From contig DF237170.1 in assembly GCA_000708835.1 (NCBI GenBank), positions 72,615 to 136,614 on the forward strand: 64,000 nt of DNA. The letters are read 5' to 3'. Shown in pieces: positions 1 to 10,638 of the stretch (within the stretch, counting starts at the first letter, position 1; each line of letters opens with the position of its first letter). Source of the DNA: Klebsormidium nitens. Its lineage: Eukaryota > Plantae > Klebsormidiophyceae. A model generated the notes under the pieces. The model saw only the letters and a program-made list of their open reading frames with translations. It was not told the DNA's origin and ran no database searches. Made by a program: the position numbers and the translations under genes.

Positions 1-226
1 TTTTGGGCTTCCTTGCAAACAAACCAGGAACCATGTTGAGCGATCAAGAGGGGTTCTGGTGGTCTGTTTTCCGAATGACTCCAGCTTTTCCTTGGCCTGT
101 TGCTCGAGATGCAAAGACTTTTCCCCCCATCTTAGCCGTGCGCATATCCAAGCAACGACCTCGCTCCTCAACAGCTGTAAGAGGACGTGTTTTCGACACA
201 AACTCAAGAATTGCCCCTTTCTCCAG

Positions 227-2297
227 GTGTCCGATGTTGACATTGTGGGCTATTGGGAAAATGTTCGCCCCGAGGCGGTCAAAACTCCCGCGGAGGTTTA
301 CGCCGCGCTCCGACAGGGGGGGTACAACATAGACTACGCGCGGATCCCCCTGACGCGAGAGCGCTTTCCCAAGGCTTCCGACGTGGACCTCATACAGAAC
401 CGTATGGACGGGTGAGCGCGCAAGCCCGTTGGCCTGTTGATGACATTTGTGGCGCACTGGTCTTATGCCAGTGACTCCTTGGGATGTCAATGTTTAGTCT
501 TGGTGTGACACATATTTCAGATGCAGGCAGAGAGCTCTTAGCTTTTCAAATCTCGGGCCAAAAGCTATCTTCTCCAGCAGAAAACTGTAAAATCCTGTAC
601 CTCCTGACTCCAAGTGGTCGATTGAAGCTTCCCAGTGTTTGGACCACAATTGAGCTCTACACCTTCCAATCAACGCAACATCTGATCCCTTTCACAATTA
701 CGCCCCCTTGCAGTGCGGACGACAGCGTCCAGTTCATGTTCATCTCCCACACGGGCATTGGGGGCGTGGCATACGCTATGGCCATCACGTGCCTCCGCCT
801 CCAAGTCGAGGCGCAGCTGCACGGCCTCCCGAAACCCCCCCCTCCCGCTCCGACCCAGCCAGTAAGCCCGCTCGTCCCCCCCTCGCGAAACACGCTCGAG
901 CGCGTCGTCTCCGCGCAGTCGATCATAAGCGGGCGCATCCCGAGCTACAGGAGCGGGGAGCTGCCCAGCTGGCGGAGCGGCGACTTATCAAAAGTGACCC
1001 CCGAGGAGGCCGCGTTGCGGGCGGGGGACTACCGCGACATCCTGAGCCTGGTGCGCGTGCTGCAGTATGGGCCGCAGAGCAAAGAGGAGGCGGATGAGGT
1101 CATCGACAGGTGCGCTGACGTTATGCATTAGGTCTTTGTTTTGCCTCGCAAGTCTGGAAGCGTAGCCAAGTAGAGAGCTGTCCTTCTTTCCCTTCGCTTC
1201 CTGAAGCCTTTTTTGGGACTGCATTTTCGTCCTTGGAGTTGCCTTCTTTGACTGATTGCTGATAGCTCGAACAAATGCTCTGCGAGACCCATATTATTAC
1301 ACGCGTCGCCTCTGAAATTAGCGAAGGCTGTGGATCCCCCCCTCGATTTGCCCCTGCGATCTGCCGTTTGTTTTGTCGATACTGACACTGAATTCAGTGT
1401 GGTGCGAATAGGTGGATTTTCATCTACGGGAGACGCGTTTATCTTTCACTCGAGGATCGAGCAGCAGCACGGGTCTTTTTCTTTGACCAGGATTGAGTCG
1501 CCTCGATCGTGTAAAGCTTCTTGACTTGGTTCTGAAATTGAAAGGATCCTGCTTCAAGACCACTCGCGTGGTGCTCGTTAAAGTGGTCAGCTCTCTATGC
1601 AAAGCAAACGCTTGAGTACTGCAAGTTCTCTAAATTTCAGAAAATTCTTGTTCGGGCTTCTAAGACTTTCTCCTGCTGCTTCGTCACACCACGCCACGGA
1701 GGGCTGCGTGCAAACTGAATTGGATGTTAATACCATCACGGCAAGTACAAAGGTCTGCTTTCGCGATGCTGACTCGAGACGCATCAGTGTATGTGTCCCT
1801 TCGGATTATCGGGAGGATCAAATCACAAGATAGAAGAGGGATCTTCGTTGGTTTAGGTGCGGTGTGGCAGGCCGACTGAAAGACGACATCTACTACCACA
1901 AGCTGATGCTTGACGCGTATCCGAGCAAGCAAGAGAACGTGGACGAGCGGCGAGCCTCACTGACTGAGGACGGAATGAAAGCGCTTAGGTAAGCCATCGT
2001 TTTGCGGGTCCGAATGCGAACACTGTGCTGGGGAAAGTTGGAAATATTCTTGATGTCGCCCGTTGGCAATGTCGAATCGTATTCTCTTGGTGCCGGTATA
2101 CACTTCGGTAAACCATCTTTGACTTATTCCGTCCGGCTCTCTGCAGGCGATACTTCTATCTCATTGCCTTCTCCTCATATCTTCGCACTTGCAAAACATT
2201 GGACGGCAGGTCTGGGTCCAAGGCGCCAAGCTTTTCGTCATGGGTTGAGGCACGCCCGGAGTTGGGACATCTGTTGAGCAACTTGAAGCTGCAATAA
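227..2297 (+). CDS. PALD1: Paladin-like protein tyrosine phosphatase-family protein, 3' part (gene starts before the window). Exons 227-411, 714-1109, 1857-1988, 2147-2297
   Basis: GT-AG bounded exons join in phase. They give DYARIPLTRERFPKASDVD...FISHTGIGGVAYAMAITCLRL...DYRDILSLVRVLQYGPQSKEEADEVIDRCGVAGRLKDDI...KALRRYFYLIAFSSYL...SWVEARPELGHLLSNLKLQ*, which matches the third repeat and C-terminus of plant paladin-like proteins. Confidence 0.88.
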
Positions 2298-5204
2298 GCT
2301 ATTACCTCGCTCGTGAATTGCTCCTCCTGAGCTGGTATTTTAAGTTCCGACCCTATGATGCTGAATTGCACAGCTTCGAAGCTCTGCTTGTGGGGTATGT
2401 GAAGTCAAATTTCATTGTGTTGTCCCGATCATGTAATTGTGTAATCTGTGCAAATGTGACACTCCACTGCAGACCAGTTAATGTTTGCATATAAATGGTA
2501 CTTTCGGTAACTTTTATTGCATGATTGCATAGTGTCATTCGACACCGCTCGCTTCAACCTTTCCAAGTCGACCATGTGCTAATGTATATCGAACACAATA
2601 TCCAAGACGCTGGTTTGTTGTCAACGTGCATATAAGCAGCATATAGGTAAACAGCTCTGGCAGCTTGCATTGCACATATGACACCATGCATCAGTGTGGG
2701 TCCTGAATAGAGATGCTTGTAGGTGCAGATCCCCGCTGCACTTAACCAGAGGAGATGGATGTCCAAGAATTTAACTGAAACGAGACGCATCCTTTGGCAT
2801 ATACTTTGGCAACTTTATTCAACGTCATTCGGTTGTATTGCAAGCATTTTAAAGGAGAACGGACCGAGATCGTCATTAGAGTCGGAGTTATTTGGCCATC
2901 TAGCTCCCATCTAGCTATATTGTATTAAAGTATCTCAATTGCATAGTTCAGTATACCGCGTAATAATCAAATCGACTGACGGTGACCTTTTTCCTTATCA
3001 CCGACTCAGGGTCATGCAGAAGCCCCAGTGCTGCAAGCTTTTATTTGGAGGCCTTAGCTGTATAGGTAGTACTAGGTACCTAGTAGCCTACGTAGGCTAC
3101 AACCGTATAGCTACCGTCCTCAGGCTGACTGTATGCCCCTGCTAGGTACAAGTGATACAAGGACCTAGGTACGGTAGGTAGAGTCTAGAGATATCTCATC
3201 AAAGCTCAGGCTGGCTGTTTGAAGTTTGAACATGTTAGGTAGGTGCGGTACTCAAACGCTGATGCACTAGGTACGAACGACACCACCGTCTGCATACGTA
3301 CTCAGTACTGTGTACATTGCACTTCACGACTTGACAGCGAAGGCTTGGGGGTAAAACCAATGGTACCGTTCCGGATCAACCTCGGTGCCAGGTGGCAGGG
3401 TGGTTCTGAATCCGTATAGGTGTCAGAAGCTTCCATGCTACCAGTAGCAGACACTATGCTGTCCCTGCTCATCACGGCAAAATTAAAAACACCAAGAGAA
3501 AACTTTGACACAGGACAAGCCAAGTCGGAAAAGATATTGTATAAGGGGTCTCTGACGTCACTAAGCCAAGGGTCCACAAAAATATAATTGTCGTCATGAT
3601 GGAACCGACTGGAAGCCTCCAGCGTATACCGAGGGAATTTTCTCGACTCCAAAAGAAAGTGGTCAGCGCAGAACTGAACCTTGGTACGGGGTTCCAGACA
3701 CGTTCCGGACGGGACTGCAAGACACCGAGTCACGATACCGCCCTCACTTTTCTGCACTATAAAAGCGGACAATTCCAACCATCATTTCTCATTTCCGACT
3801 TTCCGAGCTCCGGATTTCTGAGTGCGCAGCCCAGGGTCGACCAGCAGGGCCAAGAAGGTGACGTCAGAAGCTTGCTGACGTAATATTTAAATTATACATT
3901 GTGTTACTATGTACAACCTCAGCTTCGGACCGGTTATGTTCAACCGACAACAAAAAGTTGCAACACGGCACAACGTCACCAACGGCCACTGGTACCTACC
4001 AGCCTTGAGTGCCTCTGCCGGTCGCGAATCTCAAATCGACGGCGCAAAGCAAGCATCTGATGGAATCCTGCAGCATCGACGGCTATCAATGAGCGACAGG
4101 TTGTGCTTGGACGCAATCTGTGTTACCACATGGTAGGTAGCTAGTACCAACACCGTAGATGCCAGTTATACCGTACAGTCTGAATCGGTATAGTACCGTG
4201 TGCCTATACGGTACGATGCATTACGGTACAAGGGGCTTTGTATCGAAGTGCGCACCGTAGGTACCTCGGAACCCCCTCGGACTGTGCACACTGCACTCCA
4301 AGTTGCAATCTGCATGTCCAATGTGCAGTTCCTAGCTGTGCAACTTCAGTGTACAGCACCACGAGTGCTGTACGGTATTACCGAGCATGATGTACCTAAA
4401 TGATTGGTTTTTTCTCGGACGAGCTCTGGAGGCGAAAGCGGCCGTCGGCCGAGCGTCCCAGGCGCAGAGGCCAGGCCATGCGCTTGGACTGCCTGGATAA
4501 ATGAATCGTCCCCGGCGCTTTGCCGGCCGATTGGTCTTCGATCGACCTTGTTTCAACGGGACCTTGCCGGTGCAAGGGGCCGCAAGGGAGACCAGCTAAT
4601 AGGTGTTCGCACTCAACATCAGCTTCTGCGCCTCTCGATCGTTTGTGACACTAAACGTGCACCGTTGATCACCCAGATCGGTTTCGATGCACCTGATTTC
4701 TCCTCGGTTAAAAGCTCTTGTGTTACTCCGAAAGTCTTCGATCAAAGCAGATTCCTCTCCTTGTATTAAAAGAACAGGTAGTTGAGCGTTAACCGGTTCT
4801 TGCTGGCCTGTGTGACTAGCCCGAAAGGTGCCAAGTAACAGTAAGCGCCGGTCCAGGGCATTTAACCTCGATTTGTCGTCCGGAAATCAGCCGGAAAACA
4901 AACGTGACTAGCAATAACGGGTCCGTCTAGCTCGGAGCGTCGAAAATCTCGGCCCGGGAAAGGGACTCGGGAGTCGGGGCTCCGCATCCCACTGCCTCCG
5001 TGCAGTGGGCGGCGCACAATTTGTCCCGTCTTTTTCGTACTTCAATCGCCCGTTCGCAAGCCCGCCGGAGGGCCCGTATTCCCGACCCCAAGGACAATTA
5101 ACTATTGAGTAGTTTTTAAGTACCTACTACCGTACCTTCCAACTTTGGTCGGGAACGTCCGGGGGAAACCACAAAGTTCACCCCGGGGCCTGGTCTCTAC
5201 AATA

Positions 5205-5583
5205 CCCGTAGTGGCACGGGGAATTCGCACCAGCTCTTTACGAGTTTATTTTTCTTTGTTTTTCCAGTTCGCAAACCGGGGTTAAGCTTCAGTTTTATTC
5301 CTTAACTAAACCGTCTATACCGGGGGGCCTGAAATAGATTCCTAACTTTCTCGCACCATGCGAGTAGAAGTAGTTACTAGTGACGTAACGTAGTCATAGC
5401 TAAACCTCAGCTGCAAATCTAGATCTTAGTCATAGTACAAACTCTTGACCACCTCATTTCATGTTTCCGAACTCAAAAGCTCCATGCTTCGGTACGGGCT
5501 TGTTAACTGATGTATGTATGTATGTATGCAACTTGACGTCTGTCAAGAATATATCTGGTGCGAATTCCCCGTGCCCCTACGGG
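5205..5583. mobile_element. 379-bp non-autonomous MITE (Tc1/mariner-type) with 29-bp terminal inverted repeats and a TA target-site duplication
   Basis: Left TIR 5205-5233 is CCCGTAGTGGCACGGGGAATTCGCACCAG. Right TIR 5555-5583 is CTGGTGCGAATTCCCCGTGCCCCTACGGG (28/29 complementary). TA lies at 5203-5204 and 5584-5585. There is no internal ORF. Confidence 0.8.
5513..5528. repeat. (TATG)4 microsatellite inside the MITE
   Basis: tatgtatgtatgtatg read directly. Confidence 0.85.
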
Positions 5584-6881
5584 TAGTCCTCGGTCATTGG
5601 GCAGTTGACCAGAGGAAGGTTCCATGGATCATTGCCCGGGAATCAGCGCCAGGCCGGCCGGCTTGACCAGGAATTCGGTAACGTACTACCTAGGTATATG
5701 GACCTTGGCCTGGGCTGGTGGGCTGGGCAACCGCACCGTCAGATCGACCGGTGTGTAATAGCTTTATACCGTGGTTACGTACTACGGTGCCTACTATCGG
5801 GACTCGGGAGGCCGGATATCTACACGGTAGGTAGTTACCTAGCCGGGCACCTATCGGTAGTACCTGCCACCTGGTTTCTGCGGTAGCCGCCTTGCTGATC
5901 GACTGTGTCACTACTAGGTACGTGCGACTCACAGGTTGTACAATCTCGTGAACCACGTGCCAGCCAGTTCAAAGTTCAAACTGGGAGCTCAGTCTTGAGA
6001 GTTCGCACTCCGTACGGTCAGTCACAGGCTCACAACCGTGACGGCACCAGGGCCCGATCCTGCCGCCTGCGTCGAATGCTGGCTGCTCGGAGAGAGTCTT
6101 CTGCCCACGGGTGACAATGATCAGGATGACGTCCTTCTAGAAATGCGGAGAATCTAGCTCCAGAAATTTTGAACTTCTGGCGCAACCTTGGACCGACGAC
6201 GTCAAGAAGTGTATCGAATCCGTCGAACCTGGGCGACGCAGTGTTTCGCTGCTCCGCGGCCGTTATCGCTTTCAATGGCGGACTTTGCTCAAAAGACCGG
6301 GGTAACGCTCTGTCTGGCCTACATCTATGCCGGAATGCGCTCGCTGCTGATGTCGAATGCACGTTCGGTTGCCGCACGTCGAAACCCGCGGTTCGACGCG
6401 TGACGCGACCGGTTGAGATTTTCCCCGCGCGAGCGAAGGTGCGGCTTCGATTGCATCCCGGGGCAGACCGGAGACTTTTTCGCCGTCTGTTCCGGAATTT
6501 CAAATTCGAGCTGGTGCAATCCAGTCGATGATTCAACTTGCAGGGTGGCGCCGCCCAGAGGACGTCATGGCCGGCCACTCGTCCCCCGCTCAAACACCAG
6601 CACAGCACTGCTTGCAGGAGCGCCGCCAGGGCGCTCCTGTTTCCTGCTGAGCAACGAAAAATCATTGCACCAGCGCTCCTGTGATCATGGTCGTCTGGCA
6701 ATCACCATCTTTAGCAGCATGTCAGGCTCCATGCGTTACAATCTCCTTCCTCCGAAGCGTCAAAAGTTCTGAAAGGTCGATCTGTTTTGGATTCTGGAGC
6801 AAGACTTATGCTTGTTGCACGCTTGCTTTGCTCTCTTCGCAAACGTCAGACCCCTCCGGCTGCAGCTCCCCAATGTTCGGC

Positions 6882-6889
6882 TATAAAAT
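6882..6889 (+). promoter_or_regulatory. TATA box of the b561-like gene
   Basis: TATAAAAT lies ~160 nt upstream of ATG 7043 and is followed by a pyrimidine-rich putative 5'UTR with repeated CCCAGCT. Confidence 0.55.
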
Positions 6890-7042
6890 GCGGGCCCTTC
6901 TCCGCATTTCTCACAACTCGCAATTCGCCTTCCAACTTTCTCAGCATTCCCCAGCTTTCCTCCCAGCTCTCCCAGCTTCCTCTCCCAGCTCCCTGCTCTC
7001 CAACGCCCGCTCTCTCAGCCACTTCTCTCGTCCCCAGCAGCA

Positions 7043-8256
7043 ATGGAGTCCTCCACCCAGGTTTTGGCCCTCGCCTTCCTGATCCTGCCTGCGGGGATCG
7101 CCAGCGCCTCCCTGCTGAAGAACAGGGTCCAGTACTGGCTCGCCATCCACATTGCCCTTCAGGTGAGTTGGATACCAAAACCTGCTCTTGTCTCCATTGT
7201 CTAAGTTGAACTCTACAGATGAGCTCATTGATGGGGTAGTTGTGTGCTTTCATCTGCCTTTGCGAGACAAGCTGTTCCTCCTCCTGGTGCTCATGCATGT
7301 CTCTGTGCTTGTGACAGGTTTGCTACACTTTGTGTAAAGCCCATCAAACCATGCAGTATAGTTGCATGTAAAAGGTCTGCAATGTTGGGGGTACATGGCT
7401 TGTATAGTATGTTTGAACTTCTTTCATGTCTTTCCCTCTGTGGGCCTGGTGTTGTTCTGAACAAGTTGTTTATCAATTGATGCTTTGCCACTGTTCTCGG
7501 AAAAGTGCTAAAAGACATAGAACACCTTCACAAGCAATTCCAATTTGTCTTTACTACTTCTCCCCTCTCCTGTCTGAAACACCCGGAATGTCGTGTCCCA
7601 GTTCTCAAAACTCCCCCCCACCTGCAGGTTGCCGGCTGGGTGCTGTGTACCGTCGGTGTTGCCCTTTCCTACCAGAAGTATGGAGCTGTGTCCACTGCTG
7701 AGGCCACCCTTCTCGGACTTGTCTGGGCCAACCCCCTGATCGCTGCCGTTCGCCCCCCCAAGGGCAGCAAGATGTTCCCCGCCTGGTACAAGGGCCACTG
7801 GGCCGTTGGTCTGATCGCCGTCGCTGCCGGCTGGGCTTACCTCGCCTCGGGCCTGAACCAGTTCAAGGGCCTCAGCAACATGGTGAGCTCCTGCTTCCGT
7901 TGTCTCTGTTTGGAAGTTGCTTGTATTACCCCCTGACGTCGGGGTGTGACAGGGTGTCTTCAAGTGTAAGACTGATGTATCAGTCAGATTGTTGCTCTGC
8001 ACTGATTATTACACTGGGTCTCTGTCACCAATTCCATCACAAGGCGCATCAGTCTTTGAAGAAAAAGAGAAGCTACACAGAACAGTGGTTTGGTATGAGG
8101 TATGCCGTATGGGGGAATGCTGTGATTTGTGCACAAGGTGCAAGTTGTCAGCTTTCTATCCCAAAGGTATGTCTTCCACCTCCAAACACTCCTACCCAGA
8201 TTCTCACTTGTCGCGTGTTTACTGTGCAGGCTGCCCCTGCCATCGCTGCATTCTAA
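7043..8256 (+). CDS. 133-aa cytochrome b561 (FRRS1/CYBDOM-like) domain membrane protein with only two His. Exons 7043-7162, 7628-7882, 8230-8256
   Basis: Three phase-0 exons give MESSTQVLALAFLILPAGIASASLLKNRVQYWLAIHIALQ|VAGWVLCTVGVALSYQKYGAVSTAEATLLGLVWANPLIAAVRPPKGSKMFPAWYKGHWAVGLIAVAAGWAYLASGLNQFKGLSNM|AAPAIAAF*. The W..IH...Q and RP.K.....W...H..VG motifs are typical of CYBDOM-type b561 domains. Codon bias is strongly C-ending. Confidence 0.75.
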
Positions 8257-10638
8257 ACACCCGGAACTGATTGAGTGTTGTAACCATTAGATGGTAAGCG
8301 TCATCACTTGGTCTTTGAAGGATCGGCTTCAAAACGGAGGTATCATTCTATCTTTCCAGAGTACGTGATTGTCTGCAATGCTGTTAGCATAGCCTACTTT
8401 TTAAGTAGAATATGAAGGTGGTGGTGTTGAACTGCTTCGTTTCTTGTGGAAGTAAAGCTGTCTTCTTAAAGGTTGAGAATGTTAACACTAAGCAACCAAA
8501 CTAAACGACAGGAAAAACTGTTTTTTCTCATGTGTTCTTCTCACGCTCCTGCAGATTCTCGAAGCTGCTCTTCGAAGAAGTGGTCCTCTATGTAAATTAG
8601 AAAGTCAGGTTCGTTTGACCTAAACCCATGTGTTGAGGGAGTAAGTTAAATAGTTAGCCAAGCTGTGGTTAACCATTTGCGTCCCAAGTACCCTAATCGA
8701 TGACAGGTCGTTCCGTTCAAAAGTCGAAGCGAAGTAACGATTGGTCGCACTATTCATAGCGAGCGCAAGCAAGCAACGCCTAAAAGCCGCAGTCCGACAA
8801 AGAAGAGAACGCTTGCAGTCCGTAGTCCAGAGTGCAGAGTCCAGGTAAACGGCTGGACTTGCACCTTGCTTTCAGTCTTTCGAGCGTCATTGAACTAAAT
8901 AACTACTTTTCTTTCTTATCTTCAGCAAAATGCTCTCTCTTCGCCCAATCTGTCCATCCTCCGGAAATCTGACAATGACTGTGAATTGTGACGTGACCTT
9001 AATCATTATCATCGGTTAGTTACGCGATGAAAAGCTTCCTCGTACCCGGCACACTTTGAAATGCCACTATCTGTGTTGCATCTTGTGTAAGAATGCTCTC
9101 AATATAAAACAAAGTTTGTTCTACTTTCCTGACATGTGAGATATGTCACAATCAATACTAGGTACATTTGCGTCAGCTACCAGCGAAATATCAGCATGCA
9201 TGATGCAACATTGATGTACCTAATCGCGTAGGAAATGGCATTGGACGTGTCAACCTCCAGTCCCACTGTCCCAACATCTGTGGTTGTAACATTGATACAG
9301 GTATACAAAAAAATTAAAATCCCTGGTTCCTGTCCAGTTAACTGTAGAATTTTACTCCACCGCCAGCTCCTATGAATTCTACAAAAAAGCACACATTGCA
9401 TCTTTTTCATGCACAGCACCGGACTGGCTAGCTGATCTGGCAATTTACAGCAACTGCCACAGATCCTGTGATACGAAGATCTTATCTCAGTGACAAGTGG
9501 CGCTTCCCAAACTTCGTGAAAGTTCGTCTCCACGTATGATACGGACCACCACAGCCAATGATTGGCAAATAGCCTATTATAGCAAGCCGTACACGGTAGC
9601 ATGCACATTGCAGTAGCAGAAGAATGTTGGAAGCATCTCAGGCTTCGATTCGATACGATACGCTTGCAGAATACCGGTACCTCACACATCATGACGATGA
9701 TTGCATGTCGGCGCTCAGTCTCCTATACGGTCTACCAGACTACCAGCTCACTTTAATATATGCGAGAGTTGCTTGTATTGACAAGCCTTTGCCCTGAGGG
9801 CTTTCGCGGACGATCCCAACTCTTCAGGCGAAAGCGGCCCGCGGTGAGCACCCCGCATTCTGAGAGACACTCATGCTGGTCCTTTTCAATGTGGATTGTA
9901 CCGGTAGGTTTTGGGGTCAAACCCTGGAATTAGGACCAGGGTCAGTAACCTGTAATGGACCCTCCGCCGCGGCTCAGCCACATGTGCCATCCGGTTCCGA
10001 GGTGATTGGTCCGACAATGTTATACATGTCAATCCGGAATGCATAAAGCACTGCACAAAGTACGGTAATGCTTTTACCATGGCTGCATGGACGTTTGTGA
10101 CTGCTTGCACTGCTCTTAGCTTTTCAAGACGGTTCACTACAGAGCATCGAGTGTAACAGGGTCATAGCAATGACGTGATGGGCGTACCAGTGCCTTGGGT
10201 CCGACTCTCTCAACCTCAACCACTTTTATCACTACGTCAACAATGCGACTTAAGTGAGCGCACTGCGGTCCCATCAGTCTCTCGCGCCCGGTCACATGCT
10301 TATACTCAGTACGTTACCCATCCGCTCGTGATGGCATTAAATTGAATGGCAGCGGGTGGCAGCAGGAATTCTACGAACGCACGCGCAGGTCACCAAGCCT
10401 GGTCCGCTAGTGTATTGAGAGGTGCCAAGAGAGCGGTGCGGATTCACCAGTCGGAGACTGCACTTGCAAAAATGACTAAACAATCTTACGAGCAGAGACA
10501 ATCAGCTTGTGGTAGTAGCATTTTGTAGCCGTCAGCCAACCAGGCTAAGAACTTTTTAACTGGACAAACAAAGCTGCACACAGTTCTTACCGCCGCAACT
10601 AGGACGGGCGGCCTTCTTACACACGGCACCCCATGCTT

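Noticed and set aside
3302-3778. 158-aa minus-strand ORF
   Set aside because: Non-ATG start, no recognisable motif, and it borders TpA-rich relic DNA. It could be a decayed gene or transposon fragment but cannot be supported.
8650-8725. tRNA/SINE-like A-box (TAGCCAAGCTGTGG) and GTTCAAA
   Set aside because: The B-box is imperfect and no cloverleaf can be drawn.
9177-9692. 171-aa Cys-rich minus-strand ORF with CTAC...HRICGSC
   Set aside because: The ligand set is incomplete for RING or PHD, and codon usage is AT-richer than in the real genes.
9790-9845. Hammerhead-like CTGA...GAAA arrangement
   Set aside because: The core is CTGAGGG, not CTGANGA, and the flanking stems do not pair.
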